From Takakia lepidozioides (taxonomy: Eukaryota > Plantae > Bryophyta), in NCBI GenBank assembly GCA_030704615.1, contig CM060733.1:23808001-23872000 (forward strand): a stretch of 64,000 nucleotides of DNA, read 5' to 3'. The position numbers and the translations under genes were made by a program. The stretch's first letter is position 1. Each line of letters opens with the position of its first letter. The notes under the pieces are model-generated. The model was not told the origin of the DNA and did not search any database. It was given only the letters and a program-made list of their open reading frames with translations. Shown piece by piece: positions 25,464 through 37,090 of the stretch.

Positions 25464-27472
25464 GGGTCTTTGCAGCTGATGTCAGACTGCCATGGTCAGG
25501 CCCTCCCCGTGCGGTCCCCTGACTGCGTATGAGAAGCTAAGGGAGACCTGCATTGCTCGCAACAAAGAGGTTGAGGCGGAGTTGTTTGGTTCGCACCCAC
25601 TGTGAGTATACTGAGAGGCGGCTCACCCTAGTGTTGTGGCCTAAATCTCGTAGGAGAGCATTCCACCTCAACCAAAGTGCTCAACTGACCCGAATACTTT
25701 AGTTTGGGGTTGTCAGACATCGCATTGCAGGGGCTTGTCATTAGGGTTTTTTTTTTAAAATGTGAGAGGTCTACGGTTTAGCCTGAAATTGCCCGCATCC
25801 TTGTCTTTTGGGTTTACGAGTTTTTCTACATTCCCAGTGTTGGGATTGCATTGCTAAGTACACAGAATGATGGTTGTGAGGCGACGCCTGTCTCCACACT
25901 ATCATGGTGCGCCATGAAGAGAGCGGGATTGGTTAATTTCTTCATGGGGCGAGGATTGCAGGCTTGTTGCTCCGAAACGAAAGCGTGCTTGCCGTCGACC
26001 TCCACTACCCACGGGACCACCCAGACGCAGTGGAAGGCTAGAAACAATGGCCGACGAGGCACGGCAGTACGTAGACGAAGACGAGGAGGAGGATTTGTTG
26101 TGTGTCCCTGCGGGCGAGCACACTGGCGATTCTAGCGAAGATGTTCTTTGCCACCCAGCTCCTGCACCCTCGCTTCCCCAGAAACGCCCGTCACCGGCAA
26201 AATCACCATCTGTAAGCACCTCCTCACTATGACGCCACATCTTCAGCAGTTCTATGCATTGACATGCTCAACATACCCATGAAGGAAGCATGCAAATGTA
26301 CAGAACGTGTCTGAGACTTTCTTAGCATTCCAGGATGTAAATGCACTTGCCACACAGAAGAGGTTGAAAGGTGGAAGCCACAGAAAATCTGGCAGTGGAC
26401 GTGACACAACTTTGAATGCAATCACATTTGAAAAGTTCTCACTTTGGGAATTTCACATTGGGGAGATGGCATTGCTGGAAAAATTGGGATGTAGGAAGGA
26501 AGGGATGCCCGAGCATATAGGCAGTGAAACCCCACAATGGGATAGGAAATCAACCCCTTTCGCTATATCTTCATCGTGTACATAGTTTGGGTTAAAGTCA
26601 AAGGCTCTTACTAAGAGGTTGATACACAGTGATGTTTCTGTTTACAACTAAAATGCAATGTCCATTCAAATGAGTCCATCTACCCACTGATGCAAGTTCT
26701 TGTATGCACGCTTTGATACAAGCATGCCAATGGTTTCTGAGGTCTCCCCACTAGGTAGGCTTTGGAATTGGCCATGTAGATTTGGCTCAGCCCCCACTTT
26801 TCAAGTTGGGTAAACAGAAGTGTGGGACACCTGATGAGTCTGAGGGGATGAGGACCTGCTCATAGTAGGATGAGTACAATCAAAGCTTTAAAATGGCAGG
26901 TGCACGGCGTTAATTTTTTCTAAGATGCCATGATTTCATTTGAATGCTTTGATTGACTTTAATGTTTGAATTGGTTTTTATTCTGAACCTTCCTGGATTT
27001 CATGCAACGATGGACTTCGGCCTCGCTCCTTTGCCTGCATTTGTCATGTACCAGCTCAGTATGCTAGCATGGTCAACCATGACGAGCGACATACCATTCT
27101 CTGACAACAGTGATTGAACAGAGGTTTGTCAGACATACTGTTGGGATGCAACCAATATTGGTATCCCCGCGCCCACTAACCTAGTCACTATGTCTGCAGT
27201 AATACAGAGAGCTCAGTGACAAAGGCAGCTAATGCATAAGAGGAATCACCAGCACAACACTACCCTATGTTAATGACCACAAAAAGTCATGTTAACACTC
27301 ACACTCACTCTCACTATTGCAGTTTCAAATACTGCCCTGACATCATCATTGCACGACAACTCTGATCAGACCCTCCTCTATCCACACTTACAGATTGGTA
27401 TGTAAAATGAGGACCCCACCCACTTCACAACTTTCCCAGGTTCGGGTAATCCGGGTTTTCCAGTAATCCAAT

Positions 27473-28242
27473 AATCCGGGTTTTCCAGATATCCTCTAGA
27501 AAACCCTTCACACAAGCATCAATCTGCTGTGTGTGATTTGCCCAAAAACTAGGCCTCAGGAGGGCCTGGGCTTTTGGCTCAGCCTCTCAACTTTCAAAGT
27601 TGGTAAACAGGGGTACAGGCACAATTCCCTTGATTGAATTGAAGACAACGTCTCTTTGGTGAGAGAATCCCGGACAGTGTATCAGAAAATGAATACTGTC
27701 TTCAGATTGCCCACACAATGGACAATTGCACTCTCCCTTTCCTCTCTGCTTCTGTTTGTTGTTCAAAGGTAGGCTTCCTGCCCTGAGTTTAAATTTCAGT
27801 CTAGTGCCGAGAGTGGGTAGACCCTTGAGGTCATCCAAGATGTCCACCCCCATGTCACTGACTGGAAAGAAGTTCAGGGAAGTTCTCTGCCTAACTTCAT
27901 TTCATCAGACAATCTCATGGCAACAAACATGGCTTCAGACACTACAGCCTCTAAGGCAGATTTATCCAGCAGGGTCAAGACTTGCGGATCCAGGTCCAGG
28001 TCCTTCAAAATCTTTTCTACTCTCTTCTGCCAGGACTTAGCTTGTTTGACAGGGCGGTCCTGTTTCCAAGATATACAGTCGATCAACTTAGGATATCTGG
28101 TGTTGGGCATATGTTGCAGCTGACCCCACCATCTCACCTTGAATTCATCTCGTCGGGAGCTTAAGGATGGAATGCCAAACTCACCCCGAACAGCCACATT
28201 GGCTGTTTTGGAGCATGCTGACATACACTCCTTAAGCACCCC
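27473..28242 (-). mobile_element. LINE ORF2 3' fragment (post-RT region plus CCHC zinc finger); continues at 36039-36120
   Basis: VAVRGEFGIPSL, KLRAGSLPL, CPLCGQSEDSIHFLIHCP. The frame PALEYGSAIW...ESIQVG|VLKEC is split by the LTR element. Confidence 0.85.
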
Positions 28243-30385
28243 TGTAGTGTGAATGCAGGGGAGTAACATTGAAAATTTTGTTGGGCATCAAATTACGGCA
28301 TTGATGAAAAAGGGAGTGCCTGGTACTAATGTCGGGAGGGAATTACCCAGGCCTACAGGTAATTCCATGGGAACACTATGCTCTTGCTCTGCCAGGACAA
28401 AATATGGCTAAGTCATAACATGCGCATTTTTCATCCTTGGAATGAATGATTTTCGTCGCGTATGTTTAACCTAGAAACTCGAGCTGAGGAAAACGAGGAG
28501 GAAGACGACGGGCAACTCTTCAGAGCTGCTGCCGTGGAGTTGTCAGGCAGGCTGGCTTGGGAACTTACACCTGTGCCATGTGAATCAGCTTGCCTTAAAG
28601 CACGACGTTAAGGGATCTGCTTGGCATTTTGTGCAAAGAGAAGCGGTGCCTCTTTCTGCGTGGTAATAATCAATTTTGAAAGCTGAGCAGGTGCTAAGAG
28701 CGGTGCACTACCGCTGCCGCCATTGTCTTGAAGAGTACAGTTATGAGGAGATGGAGCGCAACAACAGCTGTTGGGGAATGAGAAGTGAAGGCTGGTGTGG
28801 ATGCGCCTCAGGTCATCTGTAATTAAAACTTGTAGTTGCCTTCTGTCTTAGAGCTGTAGGAGCACATCAATCCTTAGGGCAGAAGTACACATGTAGAAGG
28901 ATAGGGTAGAGGTTGGCAAGCACAAGGATGTTGCCAGCTGATGAAGCAAGCCGTCATGACATGATGAGAACTGGAATCAAGATGAGAAGAAGCGTTGAAT
29001 ATGGCTGATGACAGCGATGGTGAGGTGCCAGCTTAGCAGGCAGAACCACCGCTTCACACGAGTATAAGACAGATAAGTTCTAAGAGTGTTAGCTCTCTTT
29101 TTGGGCACTTAGGAATGACTTTCTGAAGTTTTTTGGAACTGTCTCTTGTATCTGCTGAAGGGGACAGAAATGTGAGGAGTAGAAAAGGCCTTTGAAAATG
29201 GAATGAAGACACTGGAATTCAAACCAGGATAGGGTGGAGATGGATGCACCTGTTGTTACACTGTCATTAGGAAAAGGATAGAGGGGACAAGGATAGCTCA
29301 CATCAGGGTCAGAATGGTTGCTGTTGTTGTGTTCATTTTCTTCATTTTCAGTGTCTTCAGCCAGCATAAGCAAACAGCCCTGGATGTTGAAACAGTGGAG
29401 CCAGTGTAGAATTAGCTTGGTGGATAAAGGAGAACAGGGATGGTCAGACAGAAACGGATTTGAAGAACTGAGAGGGATGACGTGGATAGGGAAGAACAGT
29501 CAATACTGTTTTGGGGTTTGGATCTGATTTATAGAAGTGTTCTCAACATGTGAATGACTGAGGTTTGCATTTGAGGAGAAAAGGAGAGCTGTCAGGGTGT
29601 GTGATTTGAGATCTGTAAAAGGGTTGTGAAGCACCTTGGACAGATAGGATCCACTTGGGGAAAGATAGTGCAAGGACCAGTCACTGGAGAGAGAGAAAAA
29701 GAGAAAGACCGACAGAGGGGCAGATCATGTCTTGTAACCAAGGTTGACTTCAATGATGGATCCACTGGATGCCTGGCTGGATGTGCATTTGCATTGCATC
29801 ATAGCCATGCTGTTGTGAAAAAGTGAGGAATCCACACACCAAGGAAAAAGAGTGAGAGAGAAAGAAAAAGTGAAAAGGGAGAAAGGGTTGATGAGGGATG
29901 GACAAATGGAGAGGCAAGGTCAAGAAGACATGAACCCTGAATGATCAACTTAGTGGGCCTGCAGTTCATGGCAGATCTGAGCTGTCCACCCACCTAGACC
30001 GTGATCTCATTACAAAAAGGGGCTTCCAACGTGTTGCAGACCAAGGGAACTGCCCACAAGGGCAGTGTTTATCACTGACGTAGGGCTGATTGCATCACTG
30101 AATACATCGTGGCAGCATAGTCGGTGCTGTACCTGCAGGTAGAGGATGTTGTGTAAAAGGTAGAACCAAGAGTGAACAACAATTTTACTCCCCATCCATG
30201 TCTTCTCTTCCGCTGCGGCGTGGATGAGGATTGCTTGAACTCTGATCACGAAGGACCTGAGGGAAACCCACAGCCAAGTGACGACAGTGGGACAGATTTA
30301 GAAAGAACCTTCTTTCTTTTGCTCCGCTTAGAATGGAAGGAAGCACAATTAGAATTATACAGAAGGGGATTCACGCCCCTTCTTT

Positions 30386-30397
30386 TGGTATCAGAGC
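30386..30397 (+). promoter_or_regulatory. Primer-binding site (initiator Met tRNA)
   Basis: TGGTATCAGAGC directly after the 5' repeat. Confidence 0.92.
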
Positions 30398-30464
30398 TAC
30401 GCTGGATCTTGTCTGAGAGTTGTAGGTTTTCAGTGTAGCAAGATAGGAGAGTGATTTGCGAGCA

Positions 30465-33400
30465 ATGGTGACTAACATTCCATTTTACGGAAAGAAGGAT
30501 GAGGATGTTTGCAGCTGGATCCAGAATCTGAAAAGGGATGGTGAGAGGAGGAGCTTTGACGAGCACAAGTTATTTATATCGGCAAGGCTGAATCTCAAGG
30601 CACGGGCTGACACTTGGCATCGAATGCAAAAACCAAGGTCCATGAACTGGCATGATTTTCAAGTAGCCATAATCTTGAAATTTGGAGAAGAAGGTCAATC
30701 AAGTAAGAGTAAAGTGATGTTAGCAAGGAAGTTTGATGGGATAGATACAAATGTGGAAGAGTATGCTACAGGAATGGAGGAGAAATTGTCTCTGATTGAG
30801 AAGGATACTCACAACAGGTTCACACCTGTGAGTTCTATTGATCATGAACCTATACCAGATCACAAAACCATGTCACGGAGGTGCTTTAGGGAGAAGAACC
30901 AAATCAGCGAAGTCCATGCAATGCTTCCTCGAGTTCTCAACTTGAACAGCACAAGGCAGCAAGTAGAGTGTTGCACTGCATGTCCATCAAGACAGAATCA
31001 GATCCGAAGTGAAAAGAATCACCGGCTGGGGCTGCAAGTGGGAACATGTGGAATGCAAGATTCATGCTGTGGAATGTTTGAACAATGGGAATCGAAGAGC
31101 AGCAGAAGGATGGAGTGCGAATGTGTAAGCTCTCTTGGCACAAACGTTGTGAATGTGTTTTGTGATGAGGAAGGAGAGATCATGGAAGACATCTTTTGTT
31201 CAACAGAGGATCAATCAGGTGTCAATGAAGAGTGTACACCTAGATTGCAAGTTCCTGTGCAGTTCCCAAGGTCTTATACAAGGGCACATGTAGGGCAAGA
31301 CATACCTGGGGAGTTTGGGCATGATACCACCAACTCCCCAAGCAATAGTGGTACAACCGGTGAAGTGAGTGTCATAAGAGAGGAAGATGTCAAGGAGTCT
31401 TGGACAGATCTGATGGAATGGGTGAAGGAAGAGTGTACTTTGCTTGCTCAAACTAGACAGGATATAGATCAAGATGCACACCTAGATCAAAACATACTTG
31501 GGGAGCTGAGAGAAGTTGCATCTCGATTAAGAACAGACTTGGTGGAGAAGGAATTAAAGGTGAAAGATGCAAGAGATGACGTTGTAGCTGCCCTAGCCCT
31601 ACGGAGAGAAACTGAAGTCCAGGTGGAGAACCTAGTCATGGAAAATCAACATTTACGGTTGGCCCTCGAGAAAGCTGACCAAGAGCTGAGTGGGGCCAAG
31701 GAAGAGTGCGTGGATAAGCTCCGTGGTGATAACAAGCATCTTCAGGCAGATGTGCAACGGCTCCAGCTACTTTTGGAGTCGAGTACGTCATCAGTCAATG
31801 ACATGTTCATGGGGACACCAGGTACCCTAAGTCAGGACAAAGAAGAGGAAACAGAAGCTTCTTTGGATGTTGGACCATTGACAAATGTTGGGAGAGATGA
31901 AGGGAACATGGAGTATCAAGTGTTGGAGGATTCATGCAAGGGAGAGGCCCTGCAGATTGAAGAAGAAATCTGTCTAAGAGGAAAGAGCTTACAGATCACT
32001 CCAGAGATGGAAGAAGTGGTGAAAAGGAGCCTGGAAGATCGAGACCTGACAACACCTAAACTTGCACATGATGACATGAAAAGTGGAGAAGTCATTAGGG
32101 CAGGCAAAGGGGCCGAAAACCATATGTGGAAGCCGAGAGTTTGGACATGCGAAGGCTTGCATTATGTGGAAGAGGGTCACAAGGAGAAGATGCATGACAA
32201 TGAGGAGGTTCTTCCGGGAATAGATCCGCCAAGAAAAGAGGGCAAATGGTGTCAAAAGTGGTGGCAAAGCACAAGGAGATCATTCATTGCTGACTGCAGC
32301 ATACTCAGGTTCACAAGCTGTGTACCGAAGTGTCAAGGACGGAGAAAGGGTGCTAAGGCATGGATACGACATGCTATCTTGATGGTAATTATGTGCTGCA
32401 GGTGCCTATGGCAGACAGTGAAGAACTGGTTGGAGCAGGCCATGCTAATGACGATTTTGTGCTGCCAATACATATGGTGTATGCAGCTCAGCAATCTGAA
32501 GCAAGGTTGTAAAAGAATGGCTGGTCCTGGTGGAAGATGGAAGCAAACATGGGCAGAGAAAGGACCTGCATACACACCAAGACACCAGCTCAAGAGGGGA
32601 GCAAGTTTGGGGAGCTGCCTTTGGCGGGTAATTTCTGTGGACATACCTGAAGGAGACAGAGATATACCAGCAGAGGTAATTCAATATAGAGGCAATGAGC
32701 TTTCCACAGATGCTGGAAATGAAGGAGAGAAGCCCAAACAGGTGACGTTCCTGTGTGTGTTGAATGCATGTGCGAACCTGGCAGACCTGGTAAAAGGCGA
32801 AGAGGTCCATGGTGACAGTATCAAATCTGGTATTGCACCAGATATCATTATGGAGACTGCCATTGTTGACAGGTATGCCAAACGTGTGTGTGACAATCTG
32901 TCTCACAGAAAAGTGGGGCCATGGAGAGTAATGATTGCAGGTTATGCCCAGCATGGTTGTGAAATTCAGGCTCAGGAGATGGATGGGCAGTTGATGTGGG
33001 AGGCTATGAAGCCTACCCATGTCACGATCACTTCTACTTGCAAAGTATACACCAGCCCTGAATCTCTTAAAGAGGGCAGGCTGGTTGAAAGGGAAGAAGG
33101 AAGGCATGGTAACCAGAGGGTTGCCCATGACTTGCCACCAACAATGCAAATGAAATTGCAGCCTGCTGGTGAGGACAACCTACATGCAGGAAATGAGGCA
33201 GTACGACAGCTGCAAGTGTCGATAGGAGCACAAGTGGTAGCTGAGATTCAAAACAAGGAGCCAGGGAGCAACAACAAAATTGGGAAACGCTGGTTTGTGT
33301 GGGAAGGAGATCAGGACCTGCCTGGCATGAACTACAAGAAGAGGAAGAAGGCATTGTCACAAATTGGATTTGCTCTGGCCGGCGGAACAAATGGACAGCC

Positions 33401-33839
33401 GGGACGCTGTCACTTAAACAAGAGAGGCTGGACGACGATGCAAGCTCAGGGATGGAGCACAAAAACTGTGGCCAGGGAAGAAGGCCAAGAAATTGGCATG
33501 AGGAGTTGCATGGAAACCAGGTGGTGGTGTCAGTTTGAGAACAACCCTGCTCGCACCAGCCAGACAGAAGTGGCCATGAAGATTATGAGCAGAGAGGGGT
33601 TTCCCTTTGCTGAAGGCCAAGGCATGACAATCAAAAACAATATTATGAACGGACCTCTCCAAGATATCTGGAGCAGAAACAGAAGAGGAATTAACACAAT
33701 GTGCCTGTTGGGAGTACCTTATGATCCTGGAAGGGAAGCTGCACGAAGATGCAGGTTGAGAGATGGAGCAGACAAGGAATGGGTAAGAAGTAGGAGGGAT
33801 TTAAAACCCTTCATACCACCAATAGGTGATCAGCCATGA
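30465..33839 (+). CDS. 1124-aa chimeric protein: Gag-like N-terminus, coiled coil, captured PPR repeats; no RT or IN
   Basis: FYGKKDEDVCSWI...ARLNLKARADTW...WHDFQ resembles retrotransposon Gag. VTFLCVLNACA...VHG...WRVMIAGYAQHG resembles PLS-class PPR. ORF is uninterrupted. Confidence 0.75.
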   Translation: MVTNIPFYGKKDEDVCSWIQNLKRDGERRSFDEHKLFISARLNLKARADTWHRMQKPRSMNWHDFQVAIILKFGEEGQSSKSKVMLARKFDGIDTNVEEYATGMEEKLSLIEKDTHNRFTPVSSIDHEPIPDHKTMSRRCFREKNQISEVHAMLPRVLNLNSTRQQVECCTACPSRQNQIRSEKNHRLGLQVGTCGMQDSCCGMFEQWESKSSRRMECECVSSLGTNVVNVFCDEEGEIMEDIFCSTEDQSGVNEECTPRLQVPVQFPRSYTRAHVGQDIPGEFGHDTTNSPSNSGTTGEVSVIREEDVKESWTDLMEWVKEECTLLAQTRQDIDQDAHLDQNILGELREVASRLRTDLVEKELKVKDARDDVVAALALRRETEVQVENLVMENQHLRLALEKADQELSGAKEECVDKLRGDNKHLQADVQRLQLLLESSTSSVNDMFMGTPGTLSQDKEEETEASLDVGPLTNVGRDEGNMEYQVLEDSCKGEALQIEEEICLRGKSLQITPEMEEVVKRSLEDRDLTTPKLAHDDMKSGEVIRAGKGAENHMWKPRVWTCEGLHYVEEGHKEKMHDNEEVLPGIDPPRKEGKWCQKWWQSTRRSFIADCSILRFTSCVPKCQGRRKGAKAWIRHAILMVIMCCRCLWQTVKNWLEQAMLMTILCCQYIWCMQLSNLKQGCKRMAGPGGRWKQTWAEKGPAYTPRHQLKRGASLGSCLWRVISVDIPEGDRDIPAEVIQYRGNELSTDAGNEGEKPKQVTFLCVLNACANLADLVKGEEVHGDSIKSGIAPDIIMETAIVDRYAKRVCDNLSHRKVGPWRVMIAGYAQHGCEIQAQEMDGQLMWEAMKPTHVTITSTCKVYTSPESLKEGRLVEREEGRHGNQRVAHDLPPTMQMKLQPAGEDNLHAGNEAVRQLQVSIGAQVVAEIQNKEPGSNNKIGKRWFVWEGDQDLPGMNYKKRKKALSQIGFALAGGTNGQPGRCHLNKRGWTTMQAQGWSTKTVAREEGQEIGMRSCMETRWWCQFENNPARTSQTEVAMKIMSREGFPFAEGQGMTIKNNIMNGPLQDIWSRNRRGINTMCLLGVPYDPGREAARRCRLRDGADKEWVRSRRDLKPFIPPIGDQP

Positions 33840-33866
33840 AGGTGGTCAGTGAGGACCCTGACACTT

Positions 33867-33897
33867 AAAAGGGGAGACACACTACATATGTAGTGTG
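33867..33897 (+). promoter_or_regulatory. Polypurine tract followed by a perfect 20-bp palindrome (putative internal att site)
   Basis: AAAAGGGGAGA then CACACTACA-TA-TGTAGTGTG. Confidence 0.85.
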
Positions 33898-36455
33898 AAT
33901 GCAGGGGAGTAACATTGAAAATTTTGTTGGGCATCAAATTACGGCATTGATGAAAAAGGGAGTGCCTGGTACTAATGTCGGGAGGGAATTACCCAGGCCT
34001 ACAGGTAATTCCATGGGAACACTATGCTCTTGCTCTGCCAGGACAAAATATGGCTAAGTCATAACATGCGCATTTTTCATCCTTGGAATGAATGATTTTC
34101 GTCGCGTATGTTTAACCTAGAACTCGAGCTGAGGAAAACGAGGAGGAAGACGACGGGCAACTCTTCAGAGCTGCTGCCGTGGAGTTGTCAGGCAGGCTGG
34201 CTTGGGAACTTACACCTGTGCCATGTGAATCAGCTTGCCTTAAAGCACGACGTTAAGGGATCTGCTTGGCATTTTGTGCAAAGAGAAGCGGTGCCTCTTT
34301 CTGCGTGGTAATAATCAATTTTGAAAGCTGAGCAGGTGCTAAGAGCGGTGCACTACCGCTGCCGCCATTGTCTTGAAGAGTACAGTTATGAGGAGATGGA
34401 GCGCAACAACAGCTGTTGGGGAATGAGAAGTGAAGGCTGGTGTGGATGCGCCTCAGGTCATCTGTAATTAAAACTTGTAGTTGCCTTCTGTCTTAGAGCT
34501 GTAGGAGCACATCAATCCTTAGGGCAGAAGTACACATGTAGAAGGATAGGGTAGAGGTTGGCAAGCACAAGGATGTTGCCAGCTGATGAAGCAAGCCGTC
34601 ATGACATGATGAGAACTGGAATCAAGATGAGAAGAAGCGTTGAATATGGCTGATGACAGCGATGGTGAGGTGCCAGCTTAGCAGGCAGAACCACCGCTTC
34701 ACACGAGTATAAGACAGATAAGTTCTAAGAGTGTTAGCTCTCTTTTTGGGCACTTAGGAATGACTTTCTGAAGTTTTTTTGGAACTGTCTCTTGTATCTG
34801 CTGAAGGGGACAGAAATGTGAGGAGTAGAAAAGGCCTTTGAAAATGGAATGAAGACACTGGAATTCAAACCAGGATAGGGTGGAGATGGATGCACCTGTT
34901 GTTACACTGTCATTAGGAAAAATAGAGGGACAAGGATAGCTCACATCAGGGTCAGAATGGTTGCTGTTGTTGTGTTCATTTTCTTCATTTTCAGTGTCTT
35001 CAGCCAGCATAAGCAAACAGCCCTGGATGTTGAAACAGTGGAGCCAGTGTAGAATTAGCTTGGTGGATAAAGGAGAACAGGGATGGTCAGACAGAAACGG
35101 ATTTGAAGAACTGAGAGGGATGACGTGGATAGGGAAGAACAGTCAATACTGTTTTGGGGTTTGGATCTGATTTATAGAAGTGTTCTCAACATGTGAATGA
35201 CTGAGGTTTGCATTTGAGGAGAAAAGGAGAGCTGTCAGGGTGTGTGATTTGAGATCTGTAAAAGGGTTGTGAAGCACCTTGGACAGATAGGATCCACTTG
35301 GGGAAAGATAGTGCAAGGACCAGTCACTGGAGAGAGAGAAAAAGAGAAAGACCGACAGAGGGGCAGATCATGTCTTGTAACCAAGGTTGACTTCAATGAT
35401 GGATCCACTGGATGCCTGGCTGGATGTGCATTTGCATTGCATCATAGCCATGCTGTTGTGAAAAAGTGAGGAATCCACACACCAAGGAAAAAGAGTGAGA
35501 GAGAAAGAAAAAGTGAAAAGGGAGAAAGGGTTGATGAGGGATGGACAAATGGAGAGGCAAGGTCAAGAAGACATGAACCCTGAATGATCAACTTAGTGGG
35601 CCTGCAGTTCATGGCAGATCTGAGCTGTCCACCCACCTAGACCGTGATCTCATTACAAAAAGGGGCTTCCAACGTGTTGCAGACCAAGGGAACTGCCCAC
35701 AAGGGCAGTGTTTATCACTGACGTAGGGCTGATTGCATCACTGAATACATCGTGGCAGCATAGTCGGTGCTGTACCTGCAGGTAGAGGATGTTGTGTAAA
35801 AGGTAGAACCAAGAGTGAACAACAATTTTACTCCCCATCCATGTCTTCTCTTCCGCTGCGGCGTGGATGAGGATTGCTTGAACTCTGATCACGAAGGACC
35901 TGAGGGAAACCCACAGCCAAGTGACGACAGTGGGACAGATTTAGAAAGAACCTTCTTTCTTTTGCTCCGCTTAGAATGGAAGGAAGCACAATTAGAATTA
36001 TACAGAAGGGGATTCACGCCCCTTCTTTTCACACTACACCCCCACTTGAATGGATTCTAGAGACTTAGCCTGGTTGGAGCTATCAACCCATATAGCAGAT
36101 CCGTACTCCAAGGCAGGTCCCCCCTTAAAGAAAATCCTACAAGCACTTTGCGTCAAGGTGAATGAACACTTTAGTTCACTCCACAGGCAGCACCCCTTCA
36201 AGAAAAACCTGATTGCCGGGGACATAATTTGGAGAATTCAATGACAAAGCCTGGTGGCACTTCGTACTTCCCTCCTAACATGGTGTAAAATGGGGGAAAT
36301 GGACACCCCATTATACATTGTACTCATAAGACGTTGTTTGCCATAGCCTTCTGGCCATTGACCCCGCACCCAGTTTGAGCGGGAACAAAAGGAACAGAAC
36401 CTACCTCAGTCAGGGGTTGACGTTGGTAGTAAGACTTACCTTCATATAAAGATTT

Positions 36456-37032
36456 AATCCGGGTTTTCCAGATATCCTCTAGAAAACCCTTCACATAAGC
36501 ATCAATCTGCTAGGTGTGATTTGCCCAAAAACTAGGCCTCAGGAGGGCCGCGGCTTTTGGCTCAGCCTCGAGAGTTTCAAAGTTGGTAAACAGGGGTACA
36601 GGCACAATTCCCTTGATTGAATTGAAGACAACGTCTCTTTGGTGAGAGAACCCCGGACAGTGTATCAGAAAATGAATACTGTCTTCAGATTGCCCACACA
36701 ATGGACAATTGCACTCTCCCTTTCCTCTCTGCTTCTGTTTGCTGTTCAAAGGTAGGCTTCCTGCCCTGAGTTTAAATTTCAGTCTAGTTCCAACTTGTGG
36801 GTAGACCCTTGAGGTCATCCAAGATGTCCACCCCCATGTCACTGACTGGAAACAAGTTCAGGGAAGTTCTCTGCCTAACTTCATTTTCATCAGACAATCT
36901 GATGGCAACAGACATGGCTTCAGACAGTACAGCCTCTAAGTCAGATTTATCCAGCAGGGTCAATACTTGCGGATCCAGGTCCAGGTCCTTGAGAATCTTT
37001 TATACTCTCTTATGCCAGGACTTAGCCTGTTT
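36456..37032 (-). mobile_element. Second copy of the LINE 3' fragment
   Basis: Highly similar to ~27473-28050 with the same left breakpoint taatccgggttttccagatatcc. Confidence 0.88.
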
Positions 37033-37090
37033 CACATTATAAACAACAATCAGCCAAGGCAAAGAGGGCAAAAAGGCTGGTGTGTGACTT

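Larger units (their letters stand above)
28243..36038 (+). mobile_element. Young non-autonomous gag-only LTR retroelement with split/permuted ~2.15 kb LTRs
   Basis: B1 28243-30385, PBS 30386-30397, ORF, PPT 33867-33877, A1 33878-33886, TA, B2 33889-36028, T, A2 36030-36038. CCCC TSD. B copies differ mainly by small homopolymer indels. Confidence 0.95.

Noticed and set aside
28243-36038. TGTAGTG/CACTACA read as CACTA transposon termini
   Set aside because: The motifs face the wrong way for an enclosed CACTA, the outer flanks are one continuous LINE frame, and PBS/PPT/long direct repeats define an LTR element.
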